A DNA stretch of 63,449 nucleotides, filler included, from Reclinomonas americana ATCC 50394 (Eukaryota): assembly GCA_048213135.1 (NCBI GenBank). It is 5 parts of 3 records of this genome, joined end to end, with 100 filler letters (N's around TTAATTAATTAA, not from the genome) between each part and the next. Parts side by side here need not be neighbours in the genome. Positions count along the whole stretch, not along the records: positions 23,632 to 51,198 come from PS015051.1; positions 51,299 to 59,176 come from PS015052.1; positions 59,277 to 60,854 come from PS015055.1; positions 60,955 to 63,449 come from PS015055.1; 1 more part is not named here. One strand, given 5' to 3'. Positions 49,709 through 61,279 of the stretch are shown here, one piece after another. Made by a program: the position numbers and the translations under genes. Each line of letters opens with the position of its first letter. Within the stretch, counting starts at the first letter, position 1. The notes under the pieces were generated by a model. That model was not told where the DNA came from, ran no database searches, and saw only the letters and a list, made by a program, of their open reading frames with translations.

Positions 49709-51045
49709 TTACGCCGACTCGGGCTTGCGCAAAAAGTAAATGTGATACTGCGAACCAAATCATGAGCTCCCAAACACACTCGCACAACACACAAAGCAAC
49801 TCAACGTGGAACATCTCCCCGATGCGCTTCACCGTCATCTCGAACGGGTGCTCGCTGAGCCATGGTCGCAGGTGCGGGAAGGCAAAGGAGATCTGCGTGG
49901 GGAGTGAGTCGGCGCGGGTGGGGCTCGCATGGAAAGCACAACCACGCACCTGAATGTACGTGCCGCCAGGGCGGAGCACGCGGTACACCTCGCGTAGCGT
50001 CCTCGCAATGTCGGCCATGCACTCCTCGCTCTTGTCGACCTGGTGGAGAGGGGAAAGAGCGAGAGGGGAAGGAGAAGGAACGGATGAGGACAAAGAGCAC
50101 ACAAAGTGAAGTGCGATAAATCCAGGGCATCGCTAATCAGAGAATGATACACCAAGTGATGAGACAAAACTTCCAGCGCATCCAGCGTGCCCTTGTCAAG
50201 CACCACGTCGTATGAGCCATCGGCATCGTCGCGCAGGTCGCGAATGTCGGCCACACGCCCTGCAAGAAGGGAGTGAGCAGAGAGCAATCAAGGCGCGTAG
50301 TGGTGACGGACAGCCCGATGAAAGAGAGAGAGAGAGAGACAAAAGCGTGACTATTCCACGAAACGGGGCAGAAAGCAATCATGAAGCAGAATCAGGAAGC
50401 GTCGACAACTGCAATGCTCTCCAGAAATGCGATTGAGGCAACGATTGCTAAACAGATGGCCATGCGCAGAAAGATCGTGCTCAGATGCGACGAGAACGAA
50501 GAACCAAAGAGAGAAGTGAGAGATGAGAAACAACAGGCGCAGCACAGGTCACATGAGACGAAGAATAGAAAAGCCCTCGCTGAACTCTGTGCTGCCCACG
50601 AAACATGTCATCTCCGGTCGCTTCTCCTGCATATTGCGGATGACCACGTCGCTGAAATCGACATTGACGAGGTTGGTGTAGCCTGCACCGCACATGAGTC
50701 TGCACGTAAAGGCTGATTCAACAGGAGCACACCGCACCAGCATCGTACAAGTCGGCCGACAATGCTATCACACAAGGTGAGCGCGACGTCGCAACACTCT
50801 CTCAAAGACAGAACACACGCAACTGCTGTTCCCACAGCCCAGATGCAGAATGCGGTCCTCGGGCTTCATCGCCGGCCTTCGAAGAAGAGACTCAGAACAA
50901 CGTACAATGAGTGACTTAGCTGAAAGTACGACGCACCGCAGGTGCTCTTCCAGATCAGACCATCGCTTGAACCACTGCTATGGAGTGAGATGACGGTGTG
51001 GACAACAGGCGTAGTACATCACACGCAACATCGTACGACTCCTCC
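49709..51045 (-). CDS. Class I SAM-dependent methyltransferase, EEF1AKMT4/METTL13-N family, 5'-partial
   Basis: Spliced EESYDWFKRW..ILHLGCGNSTLSADLYDAGYTNLVNVDFSDVVI..WRVADIRDL..YDVVLDKGTLDAL..EVYRVLRPGGTYIQISFAFPH..FHYHIYFLRK. Confidence 0.88.
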
Positions 51046-51141
51046 CTGCGACACAGAGAAGAAGAAGTGGAAGGGTGAGAAACGATGCGCGCTCCGTCAA
51101 CATCACCAGTGCCACACGGAGACGAGAGAAAGGACAAACAT

Positions 51142-51178
<37 letters not shown>

Positions 51179-51409
51179 GGAGGGAGGAGAGAGAGACGNN
51201 NNNNNNNNNNNNNNNNNNNNNNNNNNNNNNNNNNNNNNNNNNTTAATTAATTAANNNNNNNNNNNNNNNNNNNNNNNNNNNNNNNNNNNNNNNNNNNNTT
51301 TCGCTCTCTGCTTCTGTTGAGGCACAAAACACACACACACACACAACACACACGCACACACACACAGTCTCTCTCTCTCACACCCTCGTTCTCTCTCTTT
51401 CTCAATCTC

Positions 51410-51995
51410 ACTCGTGCACGGAGCTTGTCTCTCAATCTCTGTCTCTTCCTCGCACTGCCCACACTCATTCGGCCTCTCTTGCTCTCTCATCAGTCACCTT
51501 CATGCACTTGTCTCTCTCGCTTGCTGCTCTTTTGCCCTCTCCTCTCTTCCTTCGTTGCCCTTCTTATCCATTGCCTGCATTCACTCAACCTCTCAATCCC
51601 TCTCCTTTTTCCCTTGTTCCCTTTATCCCACTGTTTGCCCCTTGGTGTTCTCTCACCCTCACAATCAAGCGTCCTGTCTCTCTTTCTGTCTCTCTTGTGT
51701 ACACACACTCTTTCTCTCTCTTTCTCGCTCGTGCATGCAGCTTGTTTCTCGCCACGCTCTCTGCCTCTTCCTCGCACTGCCCACACTCATTCGGCCTCTC
51801 TTGCTCTCTCATCAGTCACCTTCATGCACTTGTCTCTCTCGCTTGGTGCTCTGTTGCCTTCTCCTCTCTCCTCATCTCCCTCCCTCGTTGCCTTCTTATA
51901 CATGGCCTGCATTCACTCACCCTCTCATTCCCTCTCATTCTTGTTCTCTCTCTATCACACTGTTTGCACCATGGCGTTCTCTCCCCCTCACAATT
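51410..51995. repeat. Approx. 320 bp direct duplication, pyrimidine-rich
   Basis: CTCTTCCTCGCACTGCCCACACTCATTCGGCCTCTCTTGCTCTCTCATCAGTCACCTTCATGCACTTG at approx. 51443 and 51765. Confidence 0.8.
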
Positions 51996-52034
51996 TGACC
52001 TCGTGTCTCTCATTCACTCATTGTGTGTCATCAG

Positions 52035-55009
52035 GTGGTCGCGGTGGCATGGGTGGAGGCGGTGGCGGAGGCCGCAGCGACTTTTCCGCGACAATCAACG
52101 AGCCACCACCAAGCTTTCCGGTGAGAGAGAGGGGGACAGCACCTGAAACGCTCAGTGTCAGAGTGTCAGTTCGTTTGGGTGGCGTCGTTCTTGTCTATTG
52201 TCTCTCGAATCTGTGAGCTCCACGGACATAGAGCCACCTTGCACGCATGAAAAGAGAGCGCAACGGACGTGCTTGGACGAGAGAGAGAGAGACGCTTGTC
52301 GTTTGCTCGTTTTCGCGCACTTCGTTCTCCTTCTAATGGACAGTGACAGTCAATCCTCTCCTCCTCCTCCTCCTCTTCTTCTTCGTCGTCTTCTTCTTCT
52401 TGTCCTTCTTGTTCTTCTTCTTGTTCTTCTTCTTCTTCTTGTTCTTGTTCTTGTTCTTGTTCTTGTTCTTCTTGTTCTTCTTGTTCTTGTTCTTGTTCTT
52501 GTTCTTCTTCTTCTTCGTCTCCTCCTCCTTCTCCTCCTGTTCTTCTTCTTCTTCTTCTCCTCCTTCTTCTCCTCCTCCTCCTCCTCCTCCTCCTCCTGCT
52601 CCTCCTGCTCCTCCTGCTCCTCCTCCTCCTCCTCCTCCTCCTCCTCCTCCTCCTCCTCCTCCTTCTTCTTCTTCGTCTCCTCCTTTTTCTTCTTCTTCCT
52701 CTCTCCCTTCACCCCCCCCCTTCTCCTTTCCCGCCCTCACTCCCTTCTCCCTTCATCAGGAACGCACGCTCATCCGCGCTCCCAACGACGAATCCACCGA
52801 CGTCGGCCGCCGCCTCGTCGAATTCGCCAACGAGCTGCAGCAAATGTACGTGCGCTGCACCTACAACCCCTCCGAGTTCTCCCTACCCGGCCGCAGCTCC
52901 CAAAAGCCCCGCGTGCGGCTCATTCGCGGCGTCGGTCTGCTGCCGCCACCCGAGTTGGCGGAGGATTTCGACAAGAATCCGCGGTTGTTGCCGCCAGAGT
53001 TGTTGCCGAGTTGCGTGAGGAAAGGGGAGGGGGGATGGAGGGGAAGGAGGTGACGAAGGGATGTGCTTCTTGTGCGCCCAGTTGCATCTCTCGCTCTCTC
53101 TCTCTATTAATCCGAGTTTCTCGCATGTCGTGAGCTTTTGCTTCTCTCGCAGCGTATCTTCCTCTCTCCTTGCGTCTCTCCAGGTTTCTGTGCGCACTCT
53201 CACATTCATTGAGTCTTGCAGGTCTTTCTCTCTTCGCCGTACTTACCCTCTTGTCTGGTGAGCCCTGCATCTCTCCCTGCAGCTCTCTCACCCTCTCTTC
53301 TTGTTTTAATCGGGCTTCTGTTGCTGTACTGGAAGTGCACCCTCACACTCCAAGAGCCTTTGTATCTTTCACTGCGTCTCTCTCGCACCCCCCTCATTTC
53401 TAACCGGGTTCTGCTCCTTCATTTCTCACTGTGTCGCGCCCACATGCCTTCTCGTATCCTCTCCGCCGGTGCTCGTGTGGCGTGCTCCTTCCTAGCTGCT
53501 CCTTCATTTCTCACTGTGTCGCGCCCACATGCCTTCTCGTATCCTCTCCGCCAGTGCTCGTGTGGCGTGCTCCTTCCTAGCTGCTCCATCATTTCTCACT
53601 GTGTCGCGCCCACATGCCTTCTCGTCTCCTCTCCGCCGGTGCTCGTGTGGCGTGTTCCTTCCTAGCGTTGTTCGCATGTTGAGGAACCTGTCATTCTACT
53701 GGAACTCGTCTCGCCTGCAAGCGCATCTCTGCTCCTGTGGCAACTCGCCCTCAACACGCTCTGCATTCCTTGACCCGTTGCATGTGTCTTTCTGGGTTTC
53801 CTTCTGTGACAAGCACGCCCTAGTTTTCATGAGCCTCTTGTTCCTCACTCTGCTGCTGCGCGCAGCCGCCGAGGCCTTCGAGTCCGGTCGACGCATCCAG
53901 AAGCGAGAGAACTTGAACGAGACGTTTGAGCAGTTGCAGCGGCAAGAAAAGGACATGGAGACTGTTACGTCTGCCAGGTGCAATTGCCTGATGGCACTGT
54001 CTCATGCTGCGATACAACAGAGGAGAATGGAACTCGGGCAGAGCGCGGACGATGAGGAGCAAGTGGCGCCAGAGGAGGAGATGGACGCGGAGGGCGACGA
54101 AATGGAAGGTGTGTTTGCGCACTCTCTCGCGCCCTGTCGTTCCTTCTGGTGCAAGCTGGCGTCGCACATTCTCCACACTGTCATCACTTGACGTCTGCTG
54201 TTGCCACCATCACTGTCTCTTGCTTCTCTCACTGCTCTCACTTCGCTTCTTATGTGCCGCGCGTACTTACTCCCTTGTCTCTTGAAGCTCGACGAGTTTC
54301 TGTCTTCTCATTGTTCTCTCCCTCTCGTCTTCTCGCAGCTGTCTTTGTTTCTCTCTCTCATGCTCTCTTTATCCTTTGCTGTGTGGCCTGTTTTCTTGTC
54401 ACGATCGGGCCTCGAACTCCTCCTCTATCCTCGCCTTTCTTTGTCTCTCCTTGTCTCTCCTTCGCTCTCCTTCTCTCTCTGTCTCTCTCTCGTCGTCTTT
54501 CATTCTCTCTCCTTGTCTTTCCTTGTCTTTCCTTGTCTCTCCTTGTCTCTCCTGCTCTCTCCTTGTCTCTCCTTGTCTCTCCTTCGCTCTCCTTTTCTCC
54601 CTTGTCTCCCTTTCTCTCCTTGTCTCTCTCTCTCTCCTTGTCTCACCTTGTCTCTCTCTCGTCGTCTTTCCTTCTCTGTCCTTCTCTCTCCTTCTCTCTC
54701 CTTTTTCCCTTCTCTCTCCTTCTCACCTGGTCTCTCCTTCTCTCCCCTTGTCCCTCATCCCCACTCCCTACCCCTTCCCCCCTTTTCCCCTTTCCCTTTT
54801 CCCCTTCCCCCCTTCCCCCCTTTCCCCCTTTCCCTCTTTCGCAGAGGACATTCGTCGCGACCTCAACGAACAAGTCGACGACGACGACGAATACGACGAG
54901 GACGACGACGACGAAGGCGGTGCGTCCCCCTCCCCCCATTCTCCCTATCCCCTGCTCCCACACCCTCTCTCACTGTCTTTACGATACAGACGAAGGCGGC
55001 GTATACTAA
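52035..55009 (+). CDS. POLR3G: RNA polymerase III subunit RPC7/C31, 5'-partial
   Basis: N-terminal GRGG, PPPSFP, RLLPPELLP and an acidic C-terminus ending DEGGVY*. Exons 52035-52120, 52760-53009, 53865-53963, 54021-54108, 54845-54919, 54990-55009. Confidence 0.72.
53410..53665. repeat. 85 bp unit, three tandem copies, in an RPC7 intron
   Basis: CTGCTCC.TCATTTCTCACTGTGTCGCGCCCACATGCCTTCTCGT.TCCTCTCCGCC.GTGCTCGTGTGGCGTG.TCCTTCCTAG occurs three times. Confidence 0.9.
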
Positions 55010-55095
55010 CAGTCGCCAGCCAAGAACAAAAAAATACACAATCGAATGATGTTTGCAAACCACTTCTGTACACTCTTTCCACCCTTCCCGTTTTC

Positions 55096-57322
55096 TTAGT
55101 ACACAGCCGAGGTCGTCATGAGCGGTGGCCGACTCATGGCCGACGGCGCCGTAGCAGTGCGCTTGGACGGCGACGAAATGCCGCGCGACGGTCCACTCGA
55201 CGCCGACGCCGACACGGTCACACTGCTGCCCGTCACTCCACTGCGAACAGACGACGACGCCGTCGACACGCGCGATGGCGTGCCCTGCTTGGGCAGGTCG
55301 CGCGGGTTGTGCATGCGATCGACGCGACATGAGTCCGTGGGAAGCGGGTTGGTGAAGCCGCCTGGTTGCCAAACAAAAGAGGAGAGTGAGATGTCGTAAA
55401 GGGGAGAGATGGAGGCTTCCGAATTATGCAGATGGAGATGACTGGTGTTGCAGTGCAAGACTGGGAGATGGAGAGAGAGAGAGAGAAGGAATGGAGAGAG
55501 TCGAGCCAAGAGCCAGAGAGACAAGAGTCAAAGTCAATGCGACAGTGAGAGAAACACAACAATTCAAGTCGGCACGAGACAAGAGAGTTGAGGAGAGAGC
55601 TAATGGTTCGTCGAACTCATTGAGAGAGATGTTGTTCCAACTCCACATGAAGATCAGTAACACGTTGTGTTTGCAGAACACAAAGAGCAGAAGCAAGACA
55701 GCAGACAGAATCCCCTCCTCACCCCACCCTCCCCTTCCCCCCCCCCCCCTTCCCCCTCCCTTCTCCCCACCCCCCTTCCCCTTCCTCCCCTCCTTTCCCC
55801 CAACTGCACCTCTGGCAGCCATGGCGCTCAGCGTCTGCGTCTGCGGCTGCATCCTGCGCGGCGACACCGTCGGCGACACACTCTTCTTCAGCGGCGACAG
55901 CTGCTCGGCCAACGACAGCTGCATCTGCGGTGGCGGATTCTGCACGCGATCCACCGACGCCACCACCGTGTGCACCGACGTCGGCAGCACGTGATTCGGC
56001 TTGGCCGTCACCACCCGACTGCGCCCGTCGCTGTCCAGGGGCGCCTGCGGCGGCAGCGACGCCATGAACTGCTGCGTGCGGCGCAGCGTCTCGCGCTTGT
56101 GGGCCTCGGAGCGCTCGTGCAGCTCCACCACGCGGTCGGCCAGCAACTCGCGATGGGTGACGGTGGTGCGGAACATGTTTTGCGCGAGGCCTTCGCGGTT
56201 GCACGCGGGTCGGTCGTCGACCAGAGAGTGGTAGCTGGGAAGGAGGGGAAAGGGGATGGGGGAGGGTGAGGGGGAGAGAGGGGAAGGAGAAGAGACGAGG
56301 CGAGGAAGACAAAGAGATGGGAGTCAAGAGGAGAGCGACAGAGGCAGACACGTCACGTTCTCTCTCTTTCTCTCAAAACTAACGAGAGAGAAAGACGAGA
56401 GAGATACAATGCAACGAATAACACAGCGACAGGAGCGACACAAAGACAGGCTGGACACTGAGACAAGAGTGACACGACGACAGGAGAGATACAGCGATAC
56501 GGGCGACGCGGTGACAGGAGCGACACGGTGACATGAGAGACATGGCGAGAGGCGCGACACGGAGGCAGGAGCGACCGTGACACAGAGAGACACGTTGAAA
56601 GGAGTGACACGGCCATACAATCCAGCAACATGAGCGACACAGCGACACGAACGACACGGTGGCAGGAGCAATATATAGACCGAAGAGACACAATGACAGG
56701 AGCAACACGGCGACGAGAGCGACAATGTGGCATGAGCGACACGGAGACAGGAGCGACAGTGACACAGATAGACACGTTGACAGTGCGACACAGCCATACA
56801 ATCCAGCATCATGAGTGACACAGCGACACGAGCGACAGTGACACGAGCAACAACGACAGAAGCGAGACTGCGAAACACGTGACGTGGTGACAGCAGCCAC
56901 ACGGTGACACAGCGACACAGCAAGCGAGAACTCTCTCTCCCTCTCCAGCGAGACGCAACGTGCTCAGCAAGTCCCTCTCACGAGCCGGCGACGGCGCAAA
57001 CGTGACCAGATCGCCGCCCTGCGGGTGATGATAGGCCACACGACGGCGACCAAATGCAGCGGATCCCACTTGTTGGTGTTGCTTTCTGTGCGACAGAGAG
57101 AGAGTGAGGAGAGAGCAAGCACAAGAGATAGGAGAAAAGATCACAAAGAAGATCTCCAAACGGAGACACAGAAGAGAGATAGAGAGAGAGAGAGAGAAGC
57201 AAGACTAGTGTAGGCACAGAGAGAAGGAGCAACCAGAGAGAATCAACAACGAGAGCAAGCACAAGAGACAGAAGTGAGTGATCGAAATGAAGATGAAGAT
57301 CTCCAAAACACAGTGAGACAGT

Positions 57323-57362
<40 letters not shown>

Positions 57363-58003
57363 GAGACAGAGACAGAGAGAGAGACAGAGACAGAGAGAGA
57401 GACAGAGAGAATAGCGAAGACGCAGAGAGGAGAACCAGAGAGGAGGAGCAATCAGAGAGAAGCACCGACAAGAGCAAGCACGAGAGACAGGAGAAAAGAT
57501 CACGCGGAAGATGAAGATCACCAACACACACATAGAGAGAGAGAGAGAAGGAGAAGAGTATGGATCCAGAGAAGAGCAAGAAGAACACGACACGCAGCGA
57601 CAAGAGCAACCACACTAGACTCGAGAGAACGATCACAAAAATGAAGATCTCCAAACGGAGACAAAGAAGAGAGAGGGGAGAGAGAGAGAGAGAGAGAGAG
57701 AGGAGAGCGAAGACACAGAGAGGAGGAGCAACCAGAGAGAGCAAGCACACGAGACAAGACGTGTTCGGTAACCAATCTCCTTCCAAACACCCTTCTCCCT
57801 CTCCCCCACCCTTCTCCCACTCTTCTTCCCCTTCATCCATCGCGCAACTGCTCATGATACCAGTCAATCACGCGCGTCGGCGCCTTGACCTCGGCATGCC
57901 TATACGCCGAGATCCGCACCGCACCAACGCCCACAGTGGCCGCGCGTGCTCGCGGCGACACGGAGCGCACTCGCGGACGCGCGAACGTGCCGGTGAATGG
58001 CAT
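55096..58003 (-). CDS. Hypothetical basic, Ser/Pro-rich protein (4 exons)
   Basis: Frame-consistent chain: 58003-57849 (CA|GTTGCG), approx. 57085-56960 (AC|GTTGCG), approx. 56233-55810, approx. 55360-55096. A-rich context before the ATG. No domain recognised. Confidence 0.6.
56340..57760. repeat. Degenerate minisatellite-like intronic repeats
   Basis: Recurrent GCGACAC(A/G)G motifs at 56340-56930; recurrent GAAGATCTCCAAA / AGAGCAAGCAC units at 57100-57760. Confidence 0.6.
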
Positions 58004-58224
58004 TTTTTTCACAGGCACGCACGCACGCACGCGCAACACAAGAAGAAGAGGAAAAAAACGCAAGAATGAGAAGCAATCAACGGACTCGTGCCGTCTAAAA
58101 ACTCACTGTGTGTGAGTGAAATTCAAAACGCACGCGCGTGAGCGAGCACTCTATGTGTGTATTCTTCCACGCTCTTTTCTGTGCGGCCTCGTTGCGTGCG
58201 AGATAGAGGCTGGTGCGGCAGTGT

Positions 58225-58610
58225 GACACAGGTGAATCGCTTTGATGTGCGCTGATAACATCGTGGTGTCATCCGAACGCATCAGTCATCCCGCATCGAT
58301 CTTCATGCTCCTCTGTCAGTGCCATCTCGTTTCTCTCCTTTTCCTTCATTCCCTCAGCTCTTCTTGTTGACGGTGCTTCGAATCCCTATGTGAATCACCT
58401 TTGATGTGCGCTGATAACATCGTGGTGTCATCCGAACGCATCAGTCATCTCTCGTCGCTCCTCTGTCTCTCTTCCTGCTTCTCTGTCAGCGCCACCTTGC
58501 TCCTCTTCCTGTTCCTTTTCAGTATGCAGTCTTCCTGCGGCTGTGTGGCACAGGTGAATCACTTTGATGTGCGTTGAAAACATCGCGGTTGTCGCACCGT
58601 CACATCATCT
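58225..58610. repeat. Three copies of a ~60 bp block at ~160 bp spacing
   Basis: GTGAATC.C.TTTGATGTGCG.TGA.AACATCG at approx. 58232, 58390 and 58554. Confidence 0.75.
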
Positions 58611-59578
58611 TTCATTTCTCGCGCGCAAAGGTACGCTTGCGTCATCCTCTCACACGCACTCACATGCTCTTCTCATGCTCTCTTTCTTTCTCTCTTTATT
58701 TCCTCCTTCTTTTCTTTCTTCCTTCATTTCGTGCTCTGCTGATCTCATTCTCTCTCAGTTCCTCCTTTCATCTGTATCATCTGTATGTTTCTCACTTGCT
58801 TCCTTTCCCTCTCTTGCTCTGTCTCTCTCTCTCTCTCTTTGTTTCTTCCTTCTTTTCTTCCTTCATTTCGTGCTCTGTCCTTCCATTCATCTCACTCTCT
58901 CTCTCTCTGACGCGTTTTCTCTCTTGCTTCCTTTCCATCCTTGCCCCCATCCCCTTCTGCTTCACTCACAGCTCTCTTTGTTTGCCTTGCCCCATTTTTC
59001 TTTTTCCTTTCTTTCCCTCCCTTTCCGCGTCATCCTTTCTTCCTTGTTTCTTGCTCTCTCGCTCTCAATTTTCCTTCCCTCGCTTCCCTCCATTCTTTGT
59101 CCCTCTTCATTGCTTCCTTCGTTTCTCGCTCCCTTTCTTCCTTCTCCCCTCTCCCTCTCTCTCTCTCTCTCTCTCTNNNNNNNNNNNNNNNNNNNNNNNN
59201 NNNNNNNNNNNNNNNNNNNNTTAATTAATTAANNNNNNNNNNNNNNNNNNNNNNNNNNNNNNNNNNNNNNNNNNNNAGCTCTCTCTCTCTCTCTCCGCTC
59301 TCTCTCTCTGTGTCTCTTGTGGGAGGGTCTCTGTCTGCGAATCTGCACCCTTCCCTCGTGCTCTGTTTCCCTTTTCCATTCTCTCCTTTCGTCGTGCCCC
59401 CCACTGTCACCCGTTTTTCCTTCTCCCCTCCTCTCTCTCCCCCCTCTCACTCTCCCCTCCCTCCCTCCCATCTCTCTCTCCTCCTTCTCCCCCGTACCTC
59501 CCTCTCTCTCCTCCCTCTCTCTTCTTCCTCCCTCTTACTGTTCCCCTTTCCTCACCCTTCCCCTCACTACGACCACAG

Positions 59579-60854
59579 CTCCACCGCGACCCCAACGCCT
59601 ACCTCCTGCACCACGTGTTGCCGGGCGAGGAGGAGCGGCGCAGCGCATGGTCCGACGACGAGCACGCCATGTTTCTCGGCGCGTTGCGAGCGCATCCTCC
59701 GCGCGACATGTGGGGTCTCTTCTCGGCGCACGTTGTCGGCCGCACGGGCGAGCAGTGCCACAGCTACTACCAGTTCCTGCTGTCGCAGGGCGTTGTGCGT
59801 GACCCGGCATTTGTGGATGAGAGTGGCGCGTACACGGCCGTGCCGGTGCGTCCTCCTCGTTGCAGCGTGACATCCATCTCTTATCGCAGTCGCTCATTTC
59901 CTCTCCTGAGCAGCAGCCGCACGTCAAGAGCGAGGACAGCAAGAGTGGTGCGGAGATTGTCGACGAGCGGCCGATCACCGAGCTGGTCACTCGACCGGAG
60001 CCGATGATGGACGAGTCAGTGGAGCCGCCGCCGCAAGAACAACCCGCTGCGACCGAGGATGCAGCAGCATCTGCTGCTGCTGCTGCCGCACTCAAGACCG
60101 AGGACGCCGCGGCGCCGACTGTGGTCCACGTCCAGGGCACCGCTGTCGCCGAGCCGCTCCTGCTGCCTCCGCTGCCGGCGGATCACACGCCGCTGACGAC
60201 TTCGGTGGTGGTCACGCCATCACCACCACCACCTCCACCGCCACCACCACCACCACCACCTGCGGCGGCGCCTGCCGCTGCCGCTGCTGCGCCCGCGCTG
60301 CCGACCGCGGCCATGAATGCCGCCTCGCTCATGTCGGCATTGGCGACACCGGGAGCGCTGCCGTCGTTGTCGTCGTCTGCATTGGCGGCGCATTTGGCCA
60401 GCCGCGTCCTCCAAACACCGAGTGGCACGCCGGTCATGCTCTCCTCGTCGTCCCTGCCGGTGCTAATGGCATTGCATCAGCAACAGCAGCAGCAACAGCA
60501 ACAACACCAACAACAACAGGGAGGAGCCGCGTCCGAAATGCCACCGCTGCCGTCAGTCAGCAAGCTGGTGAGTTGTGATGTTCTTTGTCTCGTGTGTGTG
60601 TCCGGCCACCTCACTTTCTCCCTGCCAGATTGCCGACACGCAGCGTGCCGTTGGCATTCCGCTTGCTGCTGCTGTGCCGGCAGATAAGAAAAAGAGGCGG
60701 CGTGAGCCCGGCGCCGATGGTGACGGTGGCGAAGAGGATGGTGAGCCGGTGAAGAAGGCTCCGCGCAAGAAGGCCTCCACCGCCACGGGAGTCCCATCGG
60801 CGGCTGGGATCGCCGGCGCAGGTGCAGGCGCCACTGGCACCGCTGCGACGGCGG
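59579..60854 (+). CDS. Single Myb/SANT-domain protein with P/A/Q-rich tail and basic NLS-like motif (partial)
   Basis: HRDPNAYLLHHVLPGEEERRSAWSDDEHAMFL..WGLFSAHVVGRTGEQCHSYY..VRDP; later KKKRRR..PVKKAPRKK. Bounded by contig linkers. Confidence 0.72.
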
Positions 60855-61051
60855 NNNNNNNNNNNNNNNNNNNNNNNNNNNNNNNNNNNNNNNNNNNNTT
60901 AATTAATTAANNNNNNNNNNNNNNNNNNNNNNNNNNNNNNNNNNNNNNNNNNNNACCACCACGACGGTTGGTTTGGTTCGGGTCGGAGTGTCGTACGTAA
61001 CTTAACGTCGTCGTACGAAGTAAGTACGACGTAGTAACGACGTACGTCGTC

Positions 61052-61108
<57 letters not shown>

Positions 61109-61279
61109 TTGCACTGTCGGCCTGGAAAGCGAACAACGTGCTCTCACTCCCCTCACACACTCCCCTCACACTCTCTCTCCCTCTCTCTCCCTCACGCACA
61201 CTCACCAAGCAAGTGCAAACTCATTCTCCGCACACACACTCACTCACAAAACTATGACTCAACAAAAATCCCGCAAAAA

